This document shows positions 42,486 to 53,211 of a stretch of 64,000 nucleotides of DNA, one piece after another; the first letter of the stretch is position 1; each line of letters starts with the position of its first letter. This DNA comes from Thermoplasmatales archaeon. GTDB taxonomy: Archaea > Thermoplasmatota > Penumbrarchaeia > Penumbrarchaeales > Penumbrarchaeaceae. The stretch lies in contig JAUVCN010000001.1 of NCBI GenBank assembly GCA_030595715.1, forward strand, positions 1,418 to 65,417, read 5' to 3'. The notes beneath the pieces are model-generated. The model was not told where the DNA came from, did no database searches, and was given only the letters and a program-made list of their open reading frames with translations. The translations under genes and the position numbers were made by a program.

Positions 42486-44249
42486 TCACTCCCTGCCGAA
42501 GAATCCTCTTAGAACAGGATGCATCTCCATCATCTGTTCCTTTCCGATCTGTTCGTACAGTCTGATGATGATACCCACGGTTAGCAGCACCCCTGTTCCC
42601 GAGGTGGAACCCACCGTTCCTACCATGTCAGCCAGGGCTGCAAGCAAACCCACAAAAGCTCCTGATATCACGGTCACGGTTGGTATATACCTGTTCAGAA
42701 CCTTCTTCAGGACCCTGGGATCCCTCCTGAAACCGGGTATTCTCATCCCTGAGCTCTGGATCTGCTGGGCCACGGATTCCGGACCCATGTTGGTTGTCTC
42801 TATCCAGAACTTTGCGAAAAGTATCGAGCCGATGGCCATTATTCCGACGTAGACGACAACGTGAACGGCTATCTGCCAGTACTCGTGATCACCCACATAT
42901 CCGCTGTACCTGTCCCAGTTTATCAACGGTAGAAGCCATGCCTGGAGACCGTTCACCCTTGAAACATACCAGGCTAGACCTCCGGCCGGCGCTGTAGAGC
43001 CCACATCATAGAATCCCAACCGCCAGTTATGGCCAAGGACCGGGATGGTGGATATCTTTGCGTGATTCCAGAGTAAAAGAGAGAACATATTGATGTTTGC
43101 GAGTAACGCTGACATCAGGATAACAGGGATGTTGGATGCATAGATCAGTCTGATCGGATATCTTCCCCTGGCGCCCCTCGCTTTTGCATGGGACAATGGA
43201 AGCTCGATCTGGGTCGATTCGGCGAATGCCACCACAAAGAATATCACAATCGTCGATAGCAGTGCCACCAGAGGATTCGGCGGAGACAGGAATATGGTTT
43301 CAAATCCCCCCGATGTAAGGTCCCGTATCCCTCCCGAAAGATTGTCAAGGATATACCAGGTCTTTGGAAGCGTCCCCGCAGGGATCGCTCCAGCATTATC
43401 CACCAGTCGATCCAGGTTGTACTGCTCGGCGGTTTTCGTTCCCAGGGGGATCCATGATAGCGTCCCCTGGAATATCGATTGGGAAACACCCGCTGCAATG
43501 AACATGGATATTCCCGACCCTATACCCCATTTGGAGATCACCTCATCCATCAAGAAGACGAGATAGGATCCGAACACAAGCTGGCCAATGATGACTATCC
43601 TGGCCCATCCCTCACCTATGCTTCCCATCCATTTGTCGCTGGATGGTTCAAGGTAGCCATACACCTGTGGAATGGCTTCGACGAAGATCATCACAAGGAC
43701 CAATACCTTCTGGACACCCTGATAGATCGCCTTGTCATCAGACTTCTTGAGATCGAGATTGATGATCTTGGCTCCCGAGAACAGCTGCATTATGATCGAA
43801 CCCGTAACTATAGGTCCGATACCAAGATGCATCAGTGAGCCGTTGGCTCCGGCCAGGATCGCCCTGAACTCGGAGAATATATCAAGACTTTCTCCGGACA
43901 AGCCGTAAAGTGTTACATTGCTTAGGAAGAAATACAGGATCAATATCCCGAAGGTCCAGAGCATCTTCGTCCTGAACCTTACATGACCTTCAGGTTTCTT
44001 GACAGCTGGCCATCGATCTGATAATGGTTTGAGGCCGTATAGTTTTGACCCCTCGCCAGCATATGTGATGGTCATACCAATGAGGAAGAAAGATATTCCG
44101 ATCGCTAGTGCTATCAATATGAACAGCGAGATATCAGCGAACTTCGTGAAGTCCGCATCTCTCCACTGCCAGAAGTACAAGATGACCATGGTTGCCAAGT
44201 AGGCAATGGCCACCCAAATGGCCTTTCTGTAATCACGCTCAATAGCCAT
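42486..44249 (-). CDS. secY: Preprotein translocase subunit SecY
   Basis: 587-aa ORF. The conserved SecY N-terminus (WPAVKKPEGHVRFRTKMLWTFGILILYFF) begins around residue 78, and GIGPIVTGSIIMQLF is present. The first roughly 75 aa are either a 2-TM extension or lie upstream of the true start (Met59). Confidence 0.9.
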   Translation of the reverse strand: MAIERDYRKAIWVAIAYLATMVILYFWQWRDADFTKFADISLFILIALAIGISFFLIGMTITYAGEGSKLYGLKPLSDRWPAVKKPEGHVRFRTKMLWTFGILILYFFLSNVTLYGLSGESLDIFSEFRAILAGANGSLMHLGIGPIVTGSIIMQLFSGAKIINLDLKKSDDKAIYQGVQKVLVLVMIFVEAIPQVYGYLEPSSDKWMGSIGEGWARIVIIGQLVFGSYLVFLMDEVISKWGIGSGISMFIAAGVSQSIFQGTLSWIPLGTKTAEQYNLDRLVDNAGAIPAGTLPKTWYILDNLSGGIRDLTSGGFETIFLSPPNPLVALLSTIVIFFVVAFAESTQIELPLSHAKARGARGRYPIRLIYASNIPVILMSALLANINMFSLLLWNHAKISTIPVLGHNWRLGFYDVGSTAPAGGLAWYVSRVNGLQAWLLPLINWDRYSGYVGDHEYWQIAVHVVVYVGIMAIGSILFAKFWIETTNMGPESVAQQIQSSGMRIPGFRRDPRVLKKVLNRYIPTVTVISGAFVGLLAALADMVGTVGSTSGTGVLLTVGIIIRLYEQIGKEQMMEMHPVLRGFFGRE

Positions 44250-44329
44250 GAAACATACACCGTTCCGAGCCCTGGATGGATTTGCTCCCCGATTAGTGTT
44301 CTTCTATTAAAGGATTAAGAAGAATCGGG

Positions 44330-44779
44330 TCACTCCTCTTTGATTGTTACTGTTCCGCCGGCAGCTTCTATCTTCTCAACAGCCTTCTGGGATACGGCCG
44401 GGGCCAGGATATGGACCTTCATGCCCCCTATATCGCCCCCGCCGAGAAGCTTGGTGCAACCGAGCTTCTCGATATCGAGATCATAGCCATCGCCTTTCTT
44501 CTTGGCTGCTCCTGCTTCCACCATCCGGTTAATATACTCTCTGATGGTGGACAGGTTGAGGACAATGTTCGCCTTGACGACTGATTGTGGCCTCTTGAAG
44601 CCGTGTCTTCCAAAGTAATCCTTGCCGTAATATTTGATAACATGGATATACCTGTGCTTGTGGTTACCGGCCATTCCCCGGCCTCCCCTCTTTCCCGCAC
44701 CCCTTCTGGCCTTTATGCCGTGTCCCCTGGTCTTCAGACCTCTGAACTTTGCATTTCTTTTCTTTGCCATGTAACTCAC
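44330..44779 (-). CDS. rpl15: Ribosomal protein uL15
   Basis: 149 aa with the KTRGHGIKARRGAGKRGGRGMAG signature. Confidence 0.9.
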   Translation of the reverse strand: MSYMAKKRNAKFRGLKTRGHGIKARRGAGKRGGRGMAGNHKHRYIHVIKYYGKDYFGRHGFKRPQSVVKANIVLNLSTIREYINRMVEAGAAKKKGDGYDLDIEKLGCTKLLGGGDIGGMKVHILAPAVSQKAVEKIEAAGGTVTIKEE

Positions 44780-44780
44780 C

Positions 44781-45248
44781 CTATATCATCCTCGCCAAAA
44801 GGTCATTTATTGCTTGACCCCGATATCCGAGAGCCCCGCCGATCGTAAAATGCCTCTTTATGCCCTCATAGCCCCCTTTGACAGGAGGTGATAGTCTGAA
44901 CAACGGTTTCACACCATCGATATCCTTGTAGTTGGTCTCATCCTTTATGAGGGAGACGGCTAGTTCATCGACACCCTTGAAAGTGGACCTGGACTTGATA
45001 TATTCGTCAGTTATCGGTTTGTTCCCGATCACCATTCCCCTGGATGAAATGAGGTTCTTCAATGATCCTTCATCGATCTCTCCCCAGGTAATGTAATCCT
45101 TTGTCTTTTGAAGCATACCCTTGTATTCAACGGACTCGGGTATGATAACACAATGGTTGACCTGATTCAGTCTGAGCAACTTGAGTGTCTCCTTTATGCC
45201 AGGTTTTACCCTCAATGTTCCTCTGACCCTTATCACTGCAAATGTCAC
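44781..45248 (-). CDS. rpl30: Ribosomal protein uL30 (GTG start overlapping the uS5 stop)
   Basis: The C-terminal 155 aa of the 271-aa ORF are uL30 ([26 protein letters not shown]...). The rest of the ORF overlaps uS5 in another frame. A GTG at 45248 gives [10 protein letters not shown]. Confidence 0.8.
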   Translation of the reverse strand: MTFAVIRVRGTLRVKPGIKETLKLLRLNQVNHCVIIPESVEYKGMLQKTKDYITWGEIDEGSLKNLISSRGMVIGNKPITDEYIKSRSTFKGVDELAVSLIKDETNYKDIDGVKPLFRLSPPVKGGYEGIKRHFTIGGALGYRGQAINDLLARMI

Positions 45249-46120
45249 TCCTGTCCACCCCCTGTCTCTGAAACGGGTTCTACTGCCGGGGCCACAGGGC
45301 CTGAATGATGCTTGAGCATGATCCCCTGGCTCTTTTGGACCTTCATAAGGGTCGTCCCCTTGAGAGCGTCCATGACAGATTTTGCATTGTTCACGGTGGT
45401 CTTTGTCTGACCCCTTGAGAAACCCCAGACATCGTGTATACCAGCCAGCTTCAGGATCTTCTTGGCCACATCGCCAACTGCAAGCCCGACCCCTCTGGGT
45501 GCAGGTCTGAGCGTGACGGTTGTGGAACCGGACTTCCCCAAAACCTGATAAGGGAGACTGTGCGGCGTCATGCAACCGCATTCCCAGGAACCGCATCCTC
45601 TGGTAAGCTCGATTATATTGAGCTTGGCATTGTCTATGGCCTTCTTGATGGTTGGCCCGACCTCCTTTCCTCTTGCCGTGCCCAGACCAACATATCCGTT
45701 GCTGTTTCCGACAACCACTGTGATGGAGAACCTTGTCCTTCTACCTGAATCGGTCATCCTCTGGACCATGTTGACCTTGAGGACCTCGTCCACGAGATCC
45801 TCACCCATGAGAGTGTCCACGATCTGTGGTTCCCTAAGAGGAAGACCTGAGTTCAGTGCTGAATGCATATTGGTTATCTTTCCGGCCTTAACAAGGTTAC
45901 CAAGATTTGTCTTGGGGACCCATTCCTCCTCCTGATATCTGTCCTTTCTCGGAGGTCTCCTGTTTCCCTTTGTCATCTGGGGCCTCTTGCCTTTCTCGGT
46001 CTCTTCTTGGGCCTTGACGGCGTCTTCGTCACTCTTGTTCTTCGGGATGTCGACCTTGGCCAGTTCCTTATCAGAGGTTTTTTCATCCTTCTTATCTGGG
46101 ATCTTATTTTCTTCGGTCAT
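45245..46120 (-). CDS. rps5: Ribosomal protein uS5 with a K/E-rich N-terminal extension
   Basis: 291 aa. The dsRBD and S5 C-domains are conserved ([25 protein letters not shown] ... [19 protein letters not shown]). Confidence 0.9.
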   Translation of the reverse strand: MTEENKIPDKKDEKTSDKELAKVDIPKNKSDEDAVKAQEETEKGKRPQMTKGNRRPPRKDRYQEEEWVPKTNLGNLVKAGKITNMHSALNSGLPLREPQIVDTLMGEDLVDEVLKVNMVQRMTDSGRRTRFSITVVVGNSNGYVGLGTARGKEVGPTIKKAIDNAKLNIIELTRGCGSWECGCMTPHSLPYQVLGKSGSTTVTLRPAPRGVGLAVGDVAKKILKLAGIHDVWGFSRGQTKTTVNNAKSVMDALKGTTLMKVQKSQGIMLKHHSGPVAPAVEPVSETGGGQE

Positions 46121-46626
46121 GATCGCATCTCCAGGATCTTCTTCTTCATTGCTTCGAAATCCTTTTCGAAGTCCTTGATCTCTTTATTCTTTCCAAGGAT
46201 CCTGTCCTCATCCGGGAATATCTTGTTCCCGTGGGGTATATCCATACCTGTGTCGAGCATACCTTTCAGGGAAGCAAATATCCTGCTTCCCTTGGAAGGC
46301 TCGTTGAGCCCGATGTCAAGGACAGCCTCTTTGACATCCGCCTTGACAGCCCTGTTACCTGCGAGAAGGCCGACCAGATATGATGCGGAAACATCCTTCA
46401 AAGAATGTTTCCAGCCGAGCTTCTTCAGATCCTTGTAACTGGCCTGGGATAATATCCTATCGCCCTCTGTGTAATAGGCCACCAGTTGAACAGTAGTTCC
46501 GGAAAGGCTCTTCCTCACAACGGCTCTTGGTTTATTGGACTTGATCAAGGCCAATCTGGCCTTATAATCCGTCTTTCCTTCCTTCCTTCTTCGGAAGGGT
46601 GTATGATATCTCGGACCTGTTGCCAT
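46117..46626 (-). CDS. rpl18: Ribosomal protein uL18
   Basis: 169 aa, [25 protein letters not shown]... Confidence 0.9.
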   Translation of the reverse strand: MATGPRYHTPFRRRKEGKTDYKARLALIKSNKPRAVVRKSLSGTTVQLVAYYTEGDRILSQASYKDLKKLGWKHSLKDVSASYLVGLLAGNRAVKADVKEAVLDIGLNEPSKGSRIFASLKGMLDTGMDIPHGNKIFPDEDRILGKNKEIKDFEKDFEAMKKKILEMRS

Positions 46627-46627
46627 A

Positions 46628-47101
46628 TCACTTCACCTCCTGTTCAGGAAGCTTGATGTAGGCCTTTTCGGCCTCCATGTGTGACCTCATGTGGGAGACC
46701 GATCTGAAGATCCCACCCCCAGCATGCTTGTAATAACGTCTGTATGTCTCGATGGTGATGTTCCCATCGTCCCTGTAGGTCTTCAATGTCCTCCTGATGG
46801 GTCTGATGGTGTTTATCCATCTCCTCTTTTTGGGGAACCTTGCATATTTCGATCCTTTTCTGGAACCGTGACCTTTCCTCTTTCCGACCGCCTTCTGGGC
46901 CATCTTGGCCTTTTTTCTCCCTGAGGAGATCCCATGGATGGGTCTGGCCTTGATCACACCTTCGTTAACGAGCCTTCTGATATCCCCCCTGGTCACTGCA
47001 TCGGAGATATCCTCGATGTTATTGGGGTTCATACGAACCCTGTTCGCACCGCATTTGAGGACCACTGCTGCCATCCTCCTCTGATTCACAAGGTTCATCA
47101 C
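46628..47101 (-). CDS. rpl19e: Ribosomal protein eL19
   Basis: 157 aa, basic, with an L19e signature. Confidence 0.9.
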   Translation of the reverse strand: MMNLVNQRRMAAVVLKCGANRVRMNPNNIEDISDAVTRGDIRRLVNEGVIKARPIHGISSGRKKAKMAQKAVGKRKGHGSRKGSKYARFPKKRRWINTIRPIRRTLKTYRDDGNITIETYRRYYKHAGGGIFRSVSHMRSHMEAEKAYIKLPEQEVK

Positions 47102-47676
47102 AGAGCCCCCCTGTTAAGGATACGAATACCCTTATCATCTGCTGCCTGGACGATATCCTTGCGTTTCCTGGTTCCCACAGTGGATCCTATCCTGGCTGCC
47201 TGGACTTTGGGATCTATGATCTCAAGGTCCTTTTTATTGAATACCATTACCTCCCGGAAACCGGATGGATGATAGTTCCTGACCTCTGCAGGTTTTCCGA
47301 AACCGATCCGGACCTTCGGTGGCCTGTAGCGCCTGTTGAGCCTCATCTTGTTGGTAACTGCCCTGGGTCTTCTCCATGCGGTGCCGAGGTTCTTGTATCG
47401 GAACCATTCTCCCCTTCTGAAGGCGGGCTGTTTCTCATATCTCTCTTTGCGGATCCCGAGGAGCCTCTTTGTATCGTCATCAAGTTCCGGTTTCTGCTTC
47501 CTTGGAACTGCCTTCTTGGCCGGGGTCTTAGCTTTCTTGACCTTCTCTTTGACCTGTTCCTTGACCTCTTCCCTTTCCGGTTTCTGTTTCCTTGGAACTG
47601 TCTTCTTGACGGGGGTCTTAGCTTTTTTGACCTTCTCTTTGGCCTGTTCCTTGACTTCTTCACTTGCCATTATCAA
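47098..47676 (-). CDS. rpl32e: Ribosomal protein eL32 with a duplicated K/E-rich N-terminal extension
   Basis: 192 aa. The core is FRRGEWFRYKNLGTAWRRPRAVTNKMR. The N-terminus holds two copies of EVKEQxKEKVKKAKTPxKKxVPRKQKPE. Confidence 0.85.
   Translation of the reverse strand: MIMASEEVKEQAKEKVKKAKTPVKKTVPRKQKPEREEVKEQVKEKVKKAKTPAKKAVPRKQKPELDDDTKRLLGIRKERYEKQPAFRRGEWFRYKNLGTAWRRPRAVTNKMRLNRRYRPPKVRIGFGKPAEVRNYHPSGFREVMVFNKKDLEIIDPKVQAARIGSTVGTRKRKDIVQAADDKGIRILNRGAL
47487..47661 (-). repeat. 87-bp in-frame tandem duplication inside rpl32e
   Basis: ccggtttctg(c/t)ttccttggaactg(c/t)cttcttg...gaccttctcttt occurs twice. Confidence 0.7.
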
Positions 47677-48233
47677 TCACCCCTACTCGTGAGGTAGATA
47701 CCATCTTGGAAGACCCTGGTGTCATAGTTCTTGACAATTGTGGCCTTCTCGATGTTGGCGGATGTCTGTCCTACCATTTCCTTGTTGATCCCTTCGAGGT
47801 TGATGACATCCCCGGAGATCTTGATCGTGACACCCTCGAGGATCTTGGCCCTCCTTGGATGTCTCTCACCCAGGAAGTTCTCGATCACCAGTTCATTTCC
47901 CTTGACGGATGTCTTTATTGGAAAATGAGAGAATATTATCCTCATCTGATAATGAAAACCATCTGTAACACCTTTGATCATGTTGTTGATGTGAGCCCAC
48001 CAGGTTCCGGTCAAACCAAGTTCTGCCCTCTTGGGTTTATCACAATGGATAATGACCTTGCCATTGTCGATCTTCACATTGACCCTGGGATGAGGGAACT
48101 TTCTGGTAAGTTCCCCCTTTGGTCCCTTTACTTTGAGGACCGTCTCATCGAGACCGATGGTGATCCCCTCGGGGACCTCGATCATCCGCTTTACAAATTC
48201 GACCTTGCCCATATCAATCACCTCAATAGACAA
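47673..48233 (-). CDS. rpl6: Ribosomal protein uL6
   Basis: 186 aa with two-domain uL6 motifs. Confidence 0.9.
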   Translation of the reverse strand: MSIEVIDMGKVEFVKRMIEVPEGITIGLDETVLKVKGPKGELTRKFPHPRVNVKIDNGKVIIHCDKPKRAELGLTGTWWAHINNMIKGVTDGFHYQMRIIFSHFPIKTSVKGNELVIENFLGERHPRRAKILEGVTIKISGDVINLEGINKEMVGQTSANIEKATIVKNYDTRVFQDGIYLTSRGD

Positions 48234-48612
48234 AGGCCAGCAGCCTTCCTCCGGTATGCATCTCCTTGGCTTTCACATTGGAGACGACACCCTTTGTTGT
48301 TGTAAGGATGAGCACTCCGAAGTCCTGGGCGGGAAGATATCTTGATTCAATTCCTTCCATGTCTGCCCTGCTGACGGCAAAGCGGGGTTTGATAACACCG
48401 CAATCATTGATATTGCCGTTCAGATGGATATTGAACCAGCCGGCCCTGCCGTCCTCACTGTACTCGAATTCCTTTATGTAGCCATTCTCCTGAATTACCT
48501 TGAGGACCCTTCCGATCAGCTTGGAAGCTGGTCTTACAACGCATTCATTCTTACCTGCCCTCTCTGCATTCTTCATGACGGATAGAGCATCCGATAGTGG
48601 ATCGTTCTGCAT
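48223..48612 (-). CDS. rps8: Ribosomal protein uS8
   Basis: 129 aa, [21 protein letters not shown]... Confidence 0.9.
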   Translation of the reverse strand: MQNDPLSDALSVMKNAERAGKNECVVRPASKLIGRVLKVIQENGYIKEFEYSEDGRAGWFNIHLNGNINDCGVIKPRFAVSRADMEGIESRYLPAQDFGVLILTTTKGVVSNVKAKEMHTGGRLLAFVY

Positions 48613-48624
48613 CTTCAGACCTCC

Positions 48625-48783
48625 TCAGGAGTATTTCTTGAACCCTATTTCGGGAGCGATCTCACGGAAGCACTGCCTGCACAAATGCATGCCGTTCCTC
48701 CTGATGATACCCCTCTTGCGTCCACATCTCTGGCACCCGACCTTCCTTCCGAAGGTTTTCCTTTTAACTTCATTTTCGGTCAT
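48625..48783 (-). CDS. rps14: Ribosomal protein uS14 (zinc-binding type Z)
   Basis: [25 protein letters not shown]. The start is probably the ATG at 48783, which shares one nt with the uL5 stop (TAATG). Confidence 0.8.
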   Translation of the reverse strand: MTENEVKRKTFGRKVGCQRCGRKRGIIRRNGMHLCRQCFREIAPEIGFKKYS

Positions 48784-49322
48784 TATTCCAACACCTCCAC
48801 GTTGAAGGTTTTGGAAATCCACTCGATGGCCTCCCTCTGGGATACCCTATGCTCCCGAGGGATACGGCCAGGAGCTCTTTTCCTGGTCTTCACTCTCTTG
48901 CCGGCCCTTGAAAGGACAACAGAGATATCGAGACCGAATATCCCGATATCGGGATTGTATCTCATACCTTCGAAGTCCGTATAATCCGATATCCCAAAGG
49001 AGAAGCTTCCCTGGGGATCGAACGAATAGGCCATGATCTTGTTCTCTTTGACCCAGAAGGCCCTCTTCAGGAAATCTGAAGCGTCATCCTTCCTTATGGT
49101 CACCTTGCAACCTAGAGGCATTCCATCACGTATACCAAGATCCTTGTTGGTAACTGTTGATATGGTCTGGGTCGATTCCTTGTTGGTGATCAGTTTGATC
49201 ACATTCTGAGCCCTGGTGAGCTTCTCACCAGCTTCCCCCACTCCGATGTTCAAAACGATCTTGTCGATGCGGATCTCCCGGTTGGGGTTGCTATTCTTAC
49301 TGGCTGACTCTTCCCCGGTCAT
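48783..49322 (-). CDS. rpl5: Ribosomal protein uL5
   Basis: 179 aa. Confidence 0.9.
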   Translation of the reverse strand: MTGEESASKNSNPNREIRIDKIVLNIGVGEAGEKLTRAQNVIKLITNKESTQTISTVTNKDLGIRDGMPLGCKVTIRKDDASDFLKRAFWVKENKIMAYSFDPQGSFSFGISDYTDFEGMRYNPDIGIFGLDISVVLSRAGKRVKTRKRAPGRIPREHRVSQREAIEWISKTFNVEVLE

Positions 49323-50035
49323 AGAACGGTCACCTCTGATGTTTCGATCTCGGAATTCTTGATGCCTACGATGAAAACGTGATCGATGATGGTGTTGAAA
49401 CCCTCATGGAACTCCACGATATTGGAATCGGGGTTCCTCGTCTTGTTGATCTTTTTGATCCTGCAGATGGTTCCGATGTGGGCTCCACCTGTCAGGATGG
49501 CAAGGGATTCCTCTTGCATCGGGAGCCTCTCCAGGACCTTCTGGTCAGGAAGGGATAGTTTCAGGACATCTCCTGTCTTGAACCCACCCTTCTCGACAAG
49601 GATGTTCCTTCCATCATGCATGTTAAGCTGTACTTTTCCACCCTTGATGATGGTCTTGTCCATGATCCTTGCCAGCTTCCACTTGGATTCCGGTTCCTGG
49701 ACCATTTTCAATGTGATCTTTCCTCTTGGGTTCAGCATGACCCTGTAATGGGATTTTACCTTTGGTATGGACACCATGTCCATGACACCAACAGGGTGCT
49801 TTGGATCTGTCCGTATCTTTCCATCAACGAATACCTCTCTCTTTGCCAGGACCTTCCTGATCTCGGATGCGGTTTCGCCAATATGGAGAATGTCCCTCAG
49901 GGCCACCATCAGCGGTATCGACTTCTCCTTCGGGTGGGCACCTGGATTGGGCCTCACCGCCCAGACATGCGTCTTCCTTTGGATGGCCCATGATCTCGGT
50001 GCTGCGTATCTTTTAAGATGCTTTGAATCGACCAT
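49319..50035 (-). CDS. rps4e: Ribosomal protein eS4
   Basis: 238 aa with S4/KOW domains (HLKRYAAPRSWAI...). Confidence 0.9.
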   Translation of the reverse strand: MVDSKHLKRYAAPRSWAIQRKTHVWAVRPNPGAHPKEKSIPLMVALRDILHIGETASEIRKVLAKREVFVDGKIRTDPKHPVGVMDMVSIPKVKSHYRVMLNPRGKITLKMVQEPESKWKLARIMDKTIIKGGKVQLNMHDGRNILVEKGGFKTGDVLKLSLPDQKVLERLPMQEESLAILTGGAHIGTICRIKKINKTRNPDSNIVEFHEGFNTIIDHVFIVGIKNSEIETSEVTVL

Positions 50036-50046
50036 GTTATCCCTCC

Positions 50047-50415
50047 TTAATCGTCAGCGAGGTTCCTGAACCTCTCTTTTCTTACTGGATCGGACAGATC
50101 GACCTTGGTTACCACAAGGTTCGAGGCATCGAACCAGAGTGATACCTCCTTGTTGTCCGCTTTGTTCAGCAGGGCCTTCTCAATGGAGACCTTCCTCTTC
50201 TTGAGGTCGATCTTTGCCACCTTGCCCTCGTGTCCTGTCCTGGCCCCCCTTACGATCTTCACGGTGTCTCCCGTCCTGAGGGTCACCCTCTTTACCCCAG
50301 AGTGTCCGTATCTGGTAGGGTCCAGAGGTGCCCTGACCAATTTGCTTCCCCTGTGGAGTGGAAGTGTTGACTGGGACTTGCGTTGTTTTCTGGGCTTGCT
50401 TGATATGGTGTCCAT
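50047..50415 (-). CDS. rpl24: Ribosomal protein uL24
   Basis: 122 aa with a KOW motif (GDTVKIVRGARTGHEGKVAKID). Confidence 0.9.
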   Translation of the reverse strand: MDTISSKPRKQRKSQSTLPLHRGSKLVRAPLDPTRYGHSGVKRVTLRTGDTVKIVRGARTGHEGKVAKIDLKKRKVSIEKALLNKADNKEVSLWFDASNLVVTKVDLSDPVRKERFRNLADD

Positions 50416-50427
50416 CCTTGTCCCTCC

Positions 50428-50826
50428 TCATACGATCGTTGATGCCGTGGCAGCGATCCTGGAGAATCTTTCTGCGGCCTCTTTTGCCACTGGTCCTTTG
50501 ATAACGGACCCCTTGGTCTCACCCGTTTTGGTTGTAAGGACAACGGCGTTGTCCTCGAAGGACACCATCGTTCCATCGGGCCTTCTGAAAGGCCTTTTCT
50601 GCCTTACAATGACAGCGGGGAAGAGCTGTTTTCTCAGCTCCGGGGTTCCCTTTTTCACACTAACTATCACGATATCGCCGATACCGGCGGAAGGCACCCT
50701 TCTTTTGGTGCCATGATACCTGAGAACCTGGATTATCTCAACGACCTTTGCGCCGGTGTTATCGACGCAGTCGATCCTGGAACCGATGAGAAGTCCCCTG
50801 GTCTGATTTCCTGCGAGTCCCTTCAT
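50428..50826 (-). CDS. rpl14: Ribosomal protein uL14
   Basis: 132 aa. Confidence 0.9.
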   Translation of the reverse strand: MKGLAGNQTRGLLIGSRIDCVDNTGAKVVEIIQVLRYHGTKRRVPSAGIGDIVIVSVKKGTPELRKQLFPAVIVRQKRPFRRPDGTMVSFEDNAVVLTTKTGETKGSVIKGPVAKEAAERFSRIAATASTIV

Positions 50827-50827
50827 C

Positions 50828-51343
50828 TCAGGACCTCCCGATCACTACCATGGTGGTCCCCTTGGAGATGGGTCTGCATTCCATTATCTTGACCATCTCT
50901 CCAACCTGGACTTCCATGCATGGGGGAAGATGGGCAAGATACCTGGAGGACCTCTTTTCGTACCTCTGGTATTTTTCGATCTTGTGTCTTCTTTCCCTCA
51001 TTACCACTACGGTCCTGTCCATTTTCTTGTTGACAACCTGGACGTCCAGGATGATACCTCTCACGGAAAGTGAACCGTGAAAAGGACAATTCTCATCCTT
51101 GCACTCCTTTTCAGGAGGAGCAATATCGATCCCGATGTCCCTTGCCTTCGGCTTTTTTACCTTTTTGGTCCTCACCGTCTTCTTTACAGGTGCTGCTCTC
51201 TTCACAGGAAGCGTTTTCTTTCCCTGGACGGTATCGATGTCCGCTGCTGCTTCGGTCTTCTTTGTGACCCTCTTTGCTTCGGACGCCTTTGGCTGTTTCT
51301 TGACCATTGGGACCTCTTCAACCTTATCTGCCATTCCTACCAC
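50828..51343 (-). CDS. rps17: Ribosomal protein uS17 with a roughly 60-aa Lys-rich N-terminal extension
   Basis: 171 aa. The OB-fold core is [25 protein letters not shown]... Confidence 0.85.
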   Translation of the reverse strand: MVGMADKVEEVPMVKKQPKASEAKRVTKKTEAAADIDTVQGKKTLPVKRAAPVKKTVRTKKVKKPKARDIGIDIAPPEKECKDENCPFHGSLSVRGIILDVQVVNKKMDRTVVVMRERRHKIEKYQRYEKRSSRYLAHLPPCMEVQVGEMVKIMECRPISKGTTMVVIGRS

Positions 51344-51390
51344 CTTGTTGGTTATTGTATTGATCTTTATGTGAGGATATTATTTGGACC

Positions 51391-51720
51391 TTAACCGTGA
51401 TCGATATTTCTTGAAGGGGGAATTTTCCTCTCGCATTTCTTCGTCCTGTCAACGGGCCTGAACAATATGTCATTCCCATCGATCAAGACCTTGGAGATCT
51501 CCTTTCCCTTCTTCACTTCGATCTGGAATCTTCCATTCTTTTTCGGTATCATGCACCTATTTCCATTGGTTTCCAGATGGATCGTTCCCCTGGTCTCATC
51601 CACCACGATCCCATGCCTTCCTACAAGGCCAGGATCACTGTGTTCAAGGACCTCAAATGAGGTTCCGATGAGCTCAAGCATGTAAACGTTCCTTACTGGG
51701 TCAGGTCCTTTGATATTCAT
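51391..51720 (-). CDS. rnp1: Ribonuclease P protein component 1 (Rpp29/Pop4)
   Basis: Conserved LIGTSFEVLEHSDPGLVGRHGIVVDETRGTIHLETNGN. The start is taken at Met40 of the ORF (ATG at 51720, with GGAGG immediately upstream). The 5' part of the ORF overlaps SUI1. Confidence 0.8.
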   Translation of the reverse strand: MNIKGPDPVRNVYMLELIGTSFEVLEHSDPGLVGRHGIVVDETRGTIHLETNGNRCMIPKKNGRFQIEVKKGKEISKVLIDGNDILFRPVDRTKKCERKIPPSRNIDHG

Positions 51721-51725
51721 CCTCC

Positions 51726-52025
51726 TCACTCGGAAATGTTCGTATATCCTTTCTCCTTTAGCGCTCTGATGGCCTTTTTCTTGTGATCGCCCTGCAGTTC
51801 GATGATACCATCTTTGACGGTTCCACCGGCAGCACATTTATTCTTCAAGAAGCGGGCCAGATCGTCGAGGTCAATATCGGTTGGGTCGATACCGGTTATG
51901 ATGGTCACTACCTTTCCATATCTCCTCTTCGTGGTGGCGATCCTGATATCCTGTTGCTCCCTGGCGATATTCTCGCAGGCACACAGTTCATCGGGGAGGC
52001 CACATACGCTGCAGATCTCTGCCAT
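51726..52025 (-). CDS. Translation initiation factor aSUI1 (eIF1 homolog)
   Basis: 99 aa with an N-terminal CxxC...CxC and the SUI1 fold ([14 protein letters not shown] ... [15 protein letters not shown]). Confidence 0.85.
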   Translation of the reverse strand: MAEICSVCGLPDELCACENIAREQQDIRIATTKRRYGKVVTIITGIDPTDIDLDDLARFLKNKCAAGGTVKDGIIELQGDHKKKAIRALKEKGYTNISE

Positions 52026-52234
52026 TAAAGTTCTCCCTCCTCTCTCATGACCGTTGCCAATCTGGCAATGTTGATCCTGAGAGCTTTGATCTTACCTGGA
52101 CTCGGGGGCGCACCACCCATAGCGGACACTCCCCTTTCCCTCAATAGATCATCACGGATCTCTTTCATCTTTTGGACCCTCTCTTCGGAATTGAAGGCCC
52201 TTATCTCTCTAAGTCTTAGAAGGGCCATGATCAC
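52025..52234 (-). CDS. rpl29: Ribosomal protein uL29
   Basis: 69 aa. Confidence 0.85.
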   Translation of the reverse strand: MIMALLRLREIRAFNSEERVQKMKEIRDDLLRERGVSAMGGAPPSPGKIKALRINIARLATVMREEGEL

Positions 52235-53211
52235 TCACCATCCTTTTTAGGAGCCTCTTCCTTGACCTCTTCCGGTTTGGCATCATCAGGCTTCTGGTCC
52301 TCATCGGCTTTCTTGTCTGGCACGGCAGGTGGATCATCTTTCGGTATGTCGGAGGAAACTTCCTTTTCCATTTCCTTCTTCTTCTCCTCTTTCTTGGCCT
52401 TCCTCTTCGAGGTCTTCTTCTCCTTCACAGGAGCTTCAACCTCGACCTTCTCCGTAGATCCTTCGGTCTCCTTTTCCTCGGCGATCCCGGCATCGACAGG
52501 TTCCTCGGTTCCGGGAACAGCCTCTGCATCTGCTTCGGCCTTCTCTGCCTCGAGCTCGTATTCACCCTTGATCTGGGCTACGTCCATCAGTTCCGGAATA
52601 TCCAGGATTGTGACCTCATCAGGGAGCTTTGCATCAGATCTCATGATATCAACGGATACACCGATAAGGCCAAGTTTCTTCTTCGCAATGGCATAACCCC
52701 TGTCCATGGTGGTCAGGGCCGGTTCTCCGCAGAACTTGATATGGCCCCACTTGAACTTCTCTGTCCTGTGCCTCTGTCCTGTCAACTTTCCAGAGAGCTT
52801 GACCTGGCAACCCTTCACATCGGTATCCATAACCCTTCTGAGGGTTGAATGACCGGCCCTTCTGAAATGCCAGCCTCTTTCAAGTGCAAGGGCGAGCTTC
52901 TGGGCCATGATCTGTGGATTCTTTGCACTGTTCCTGCATTCTTGGACCTCTATCTGTGGATTGTCGAAGCCGTATGTCTCGGAAACGGTCCTTGTGAGCT
53001 CCTTGATCTTGGATCCCTTTCTTCCTATGACCATCCCGGGCCTCTCGACGACAAGGGTCACCCTCGTCCCCATAGGGGTCCTCTGGATATCAATACCACC
53101 GAATCCGGCCATCTCGGTCTCCTTCTGGAAATATTCCTTGAGAAGGACCCTTCTGATGTTCTCACTGACGAACTTCCTTTCACTGGCCATTGTCATCACT
53201 CCTTTCCTCAA
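52231..53211 (-). CDS. rps3: Ribosomal protein uS3 with a roughly 110-aa K/E/A-rich C-terminal tail
   Basis: 326 aa with KH and S3-C domains. Confidence 0.9.
   Translation of the reverse strand: MRKGVMTMASERKFVSENIRRVLLKEYFQKETEMAGFGGIDIQRTPMGTRVTLVVERPGMVIGRKGSKIKELTRTVSETYGFDNPQIEVQECRNSAKNPQIMAQKLALALERGWHFRRAGHSTLRRVMDTDVKGCQVKLSGKLTGQRHRTEKFKWGHIKFCGEPALTTMDRGYAIAKKKLGLIGVSVDIMRSDAKLPDEVTILDIPELMDVAQIKGEYELEAEKAEADAEAVPGTEEPVDAGIAEEKETEGSTEKVEVEAPVKEKKTSKRKAKKEEKKKEMEKEVSSDIPKDDPPAVPDKKADEDQKPDDAKPEEVKEEAPKKDGE

Noticed and set aside
45249-45596. The N-terminal 116 aa of the 271-aa ORF 44781..45596.
   Set aside because: It overlaps uS5 in another frame and is Arg/Cys/Gly-rich nonsense. 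Only the C-terminal 155 aa (uL30) are real, with a GTG start overlapping the uS5 stop.
51721-51837. The upstream 39 codons of the Rnp1 ORF ([10 protein letters not shown]...).
   Set aside because: It overlaps the SUI1 coding region. The conserved Rpp29 sequence begins at the internal ATG at 51720, which is preceded by GGAGG.
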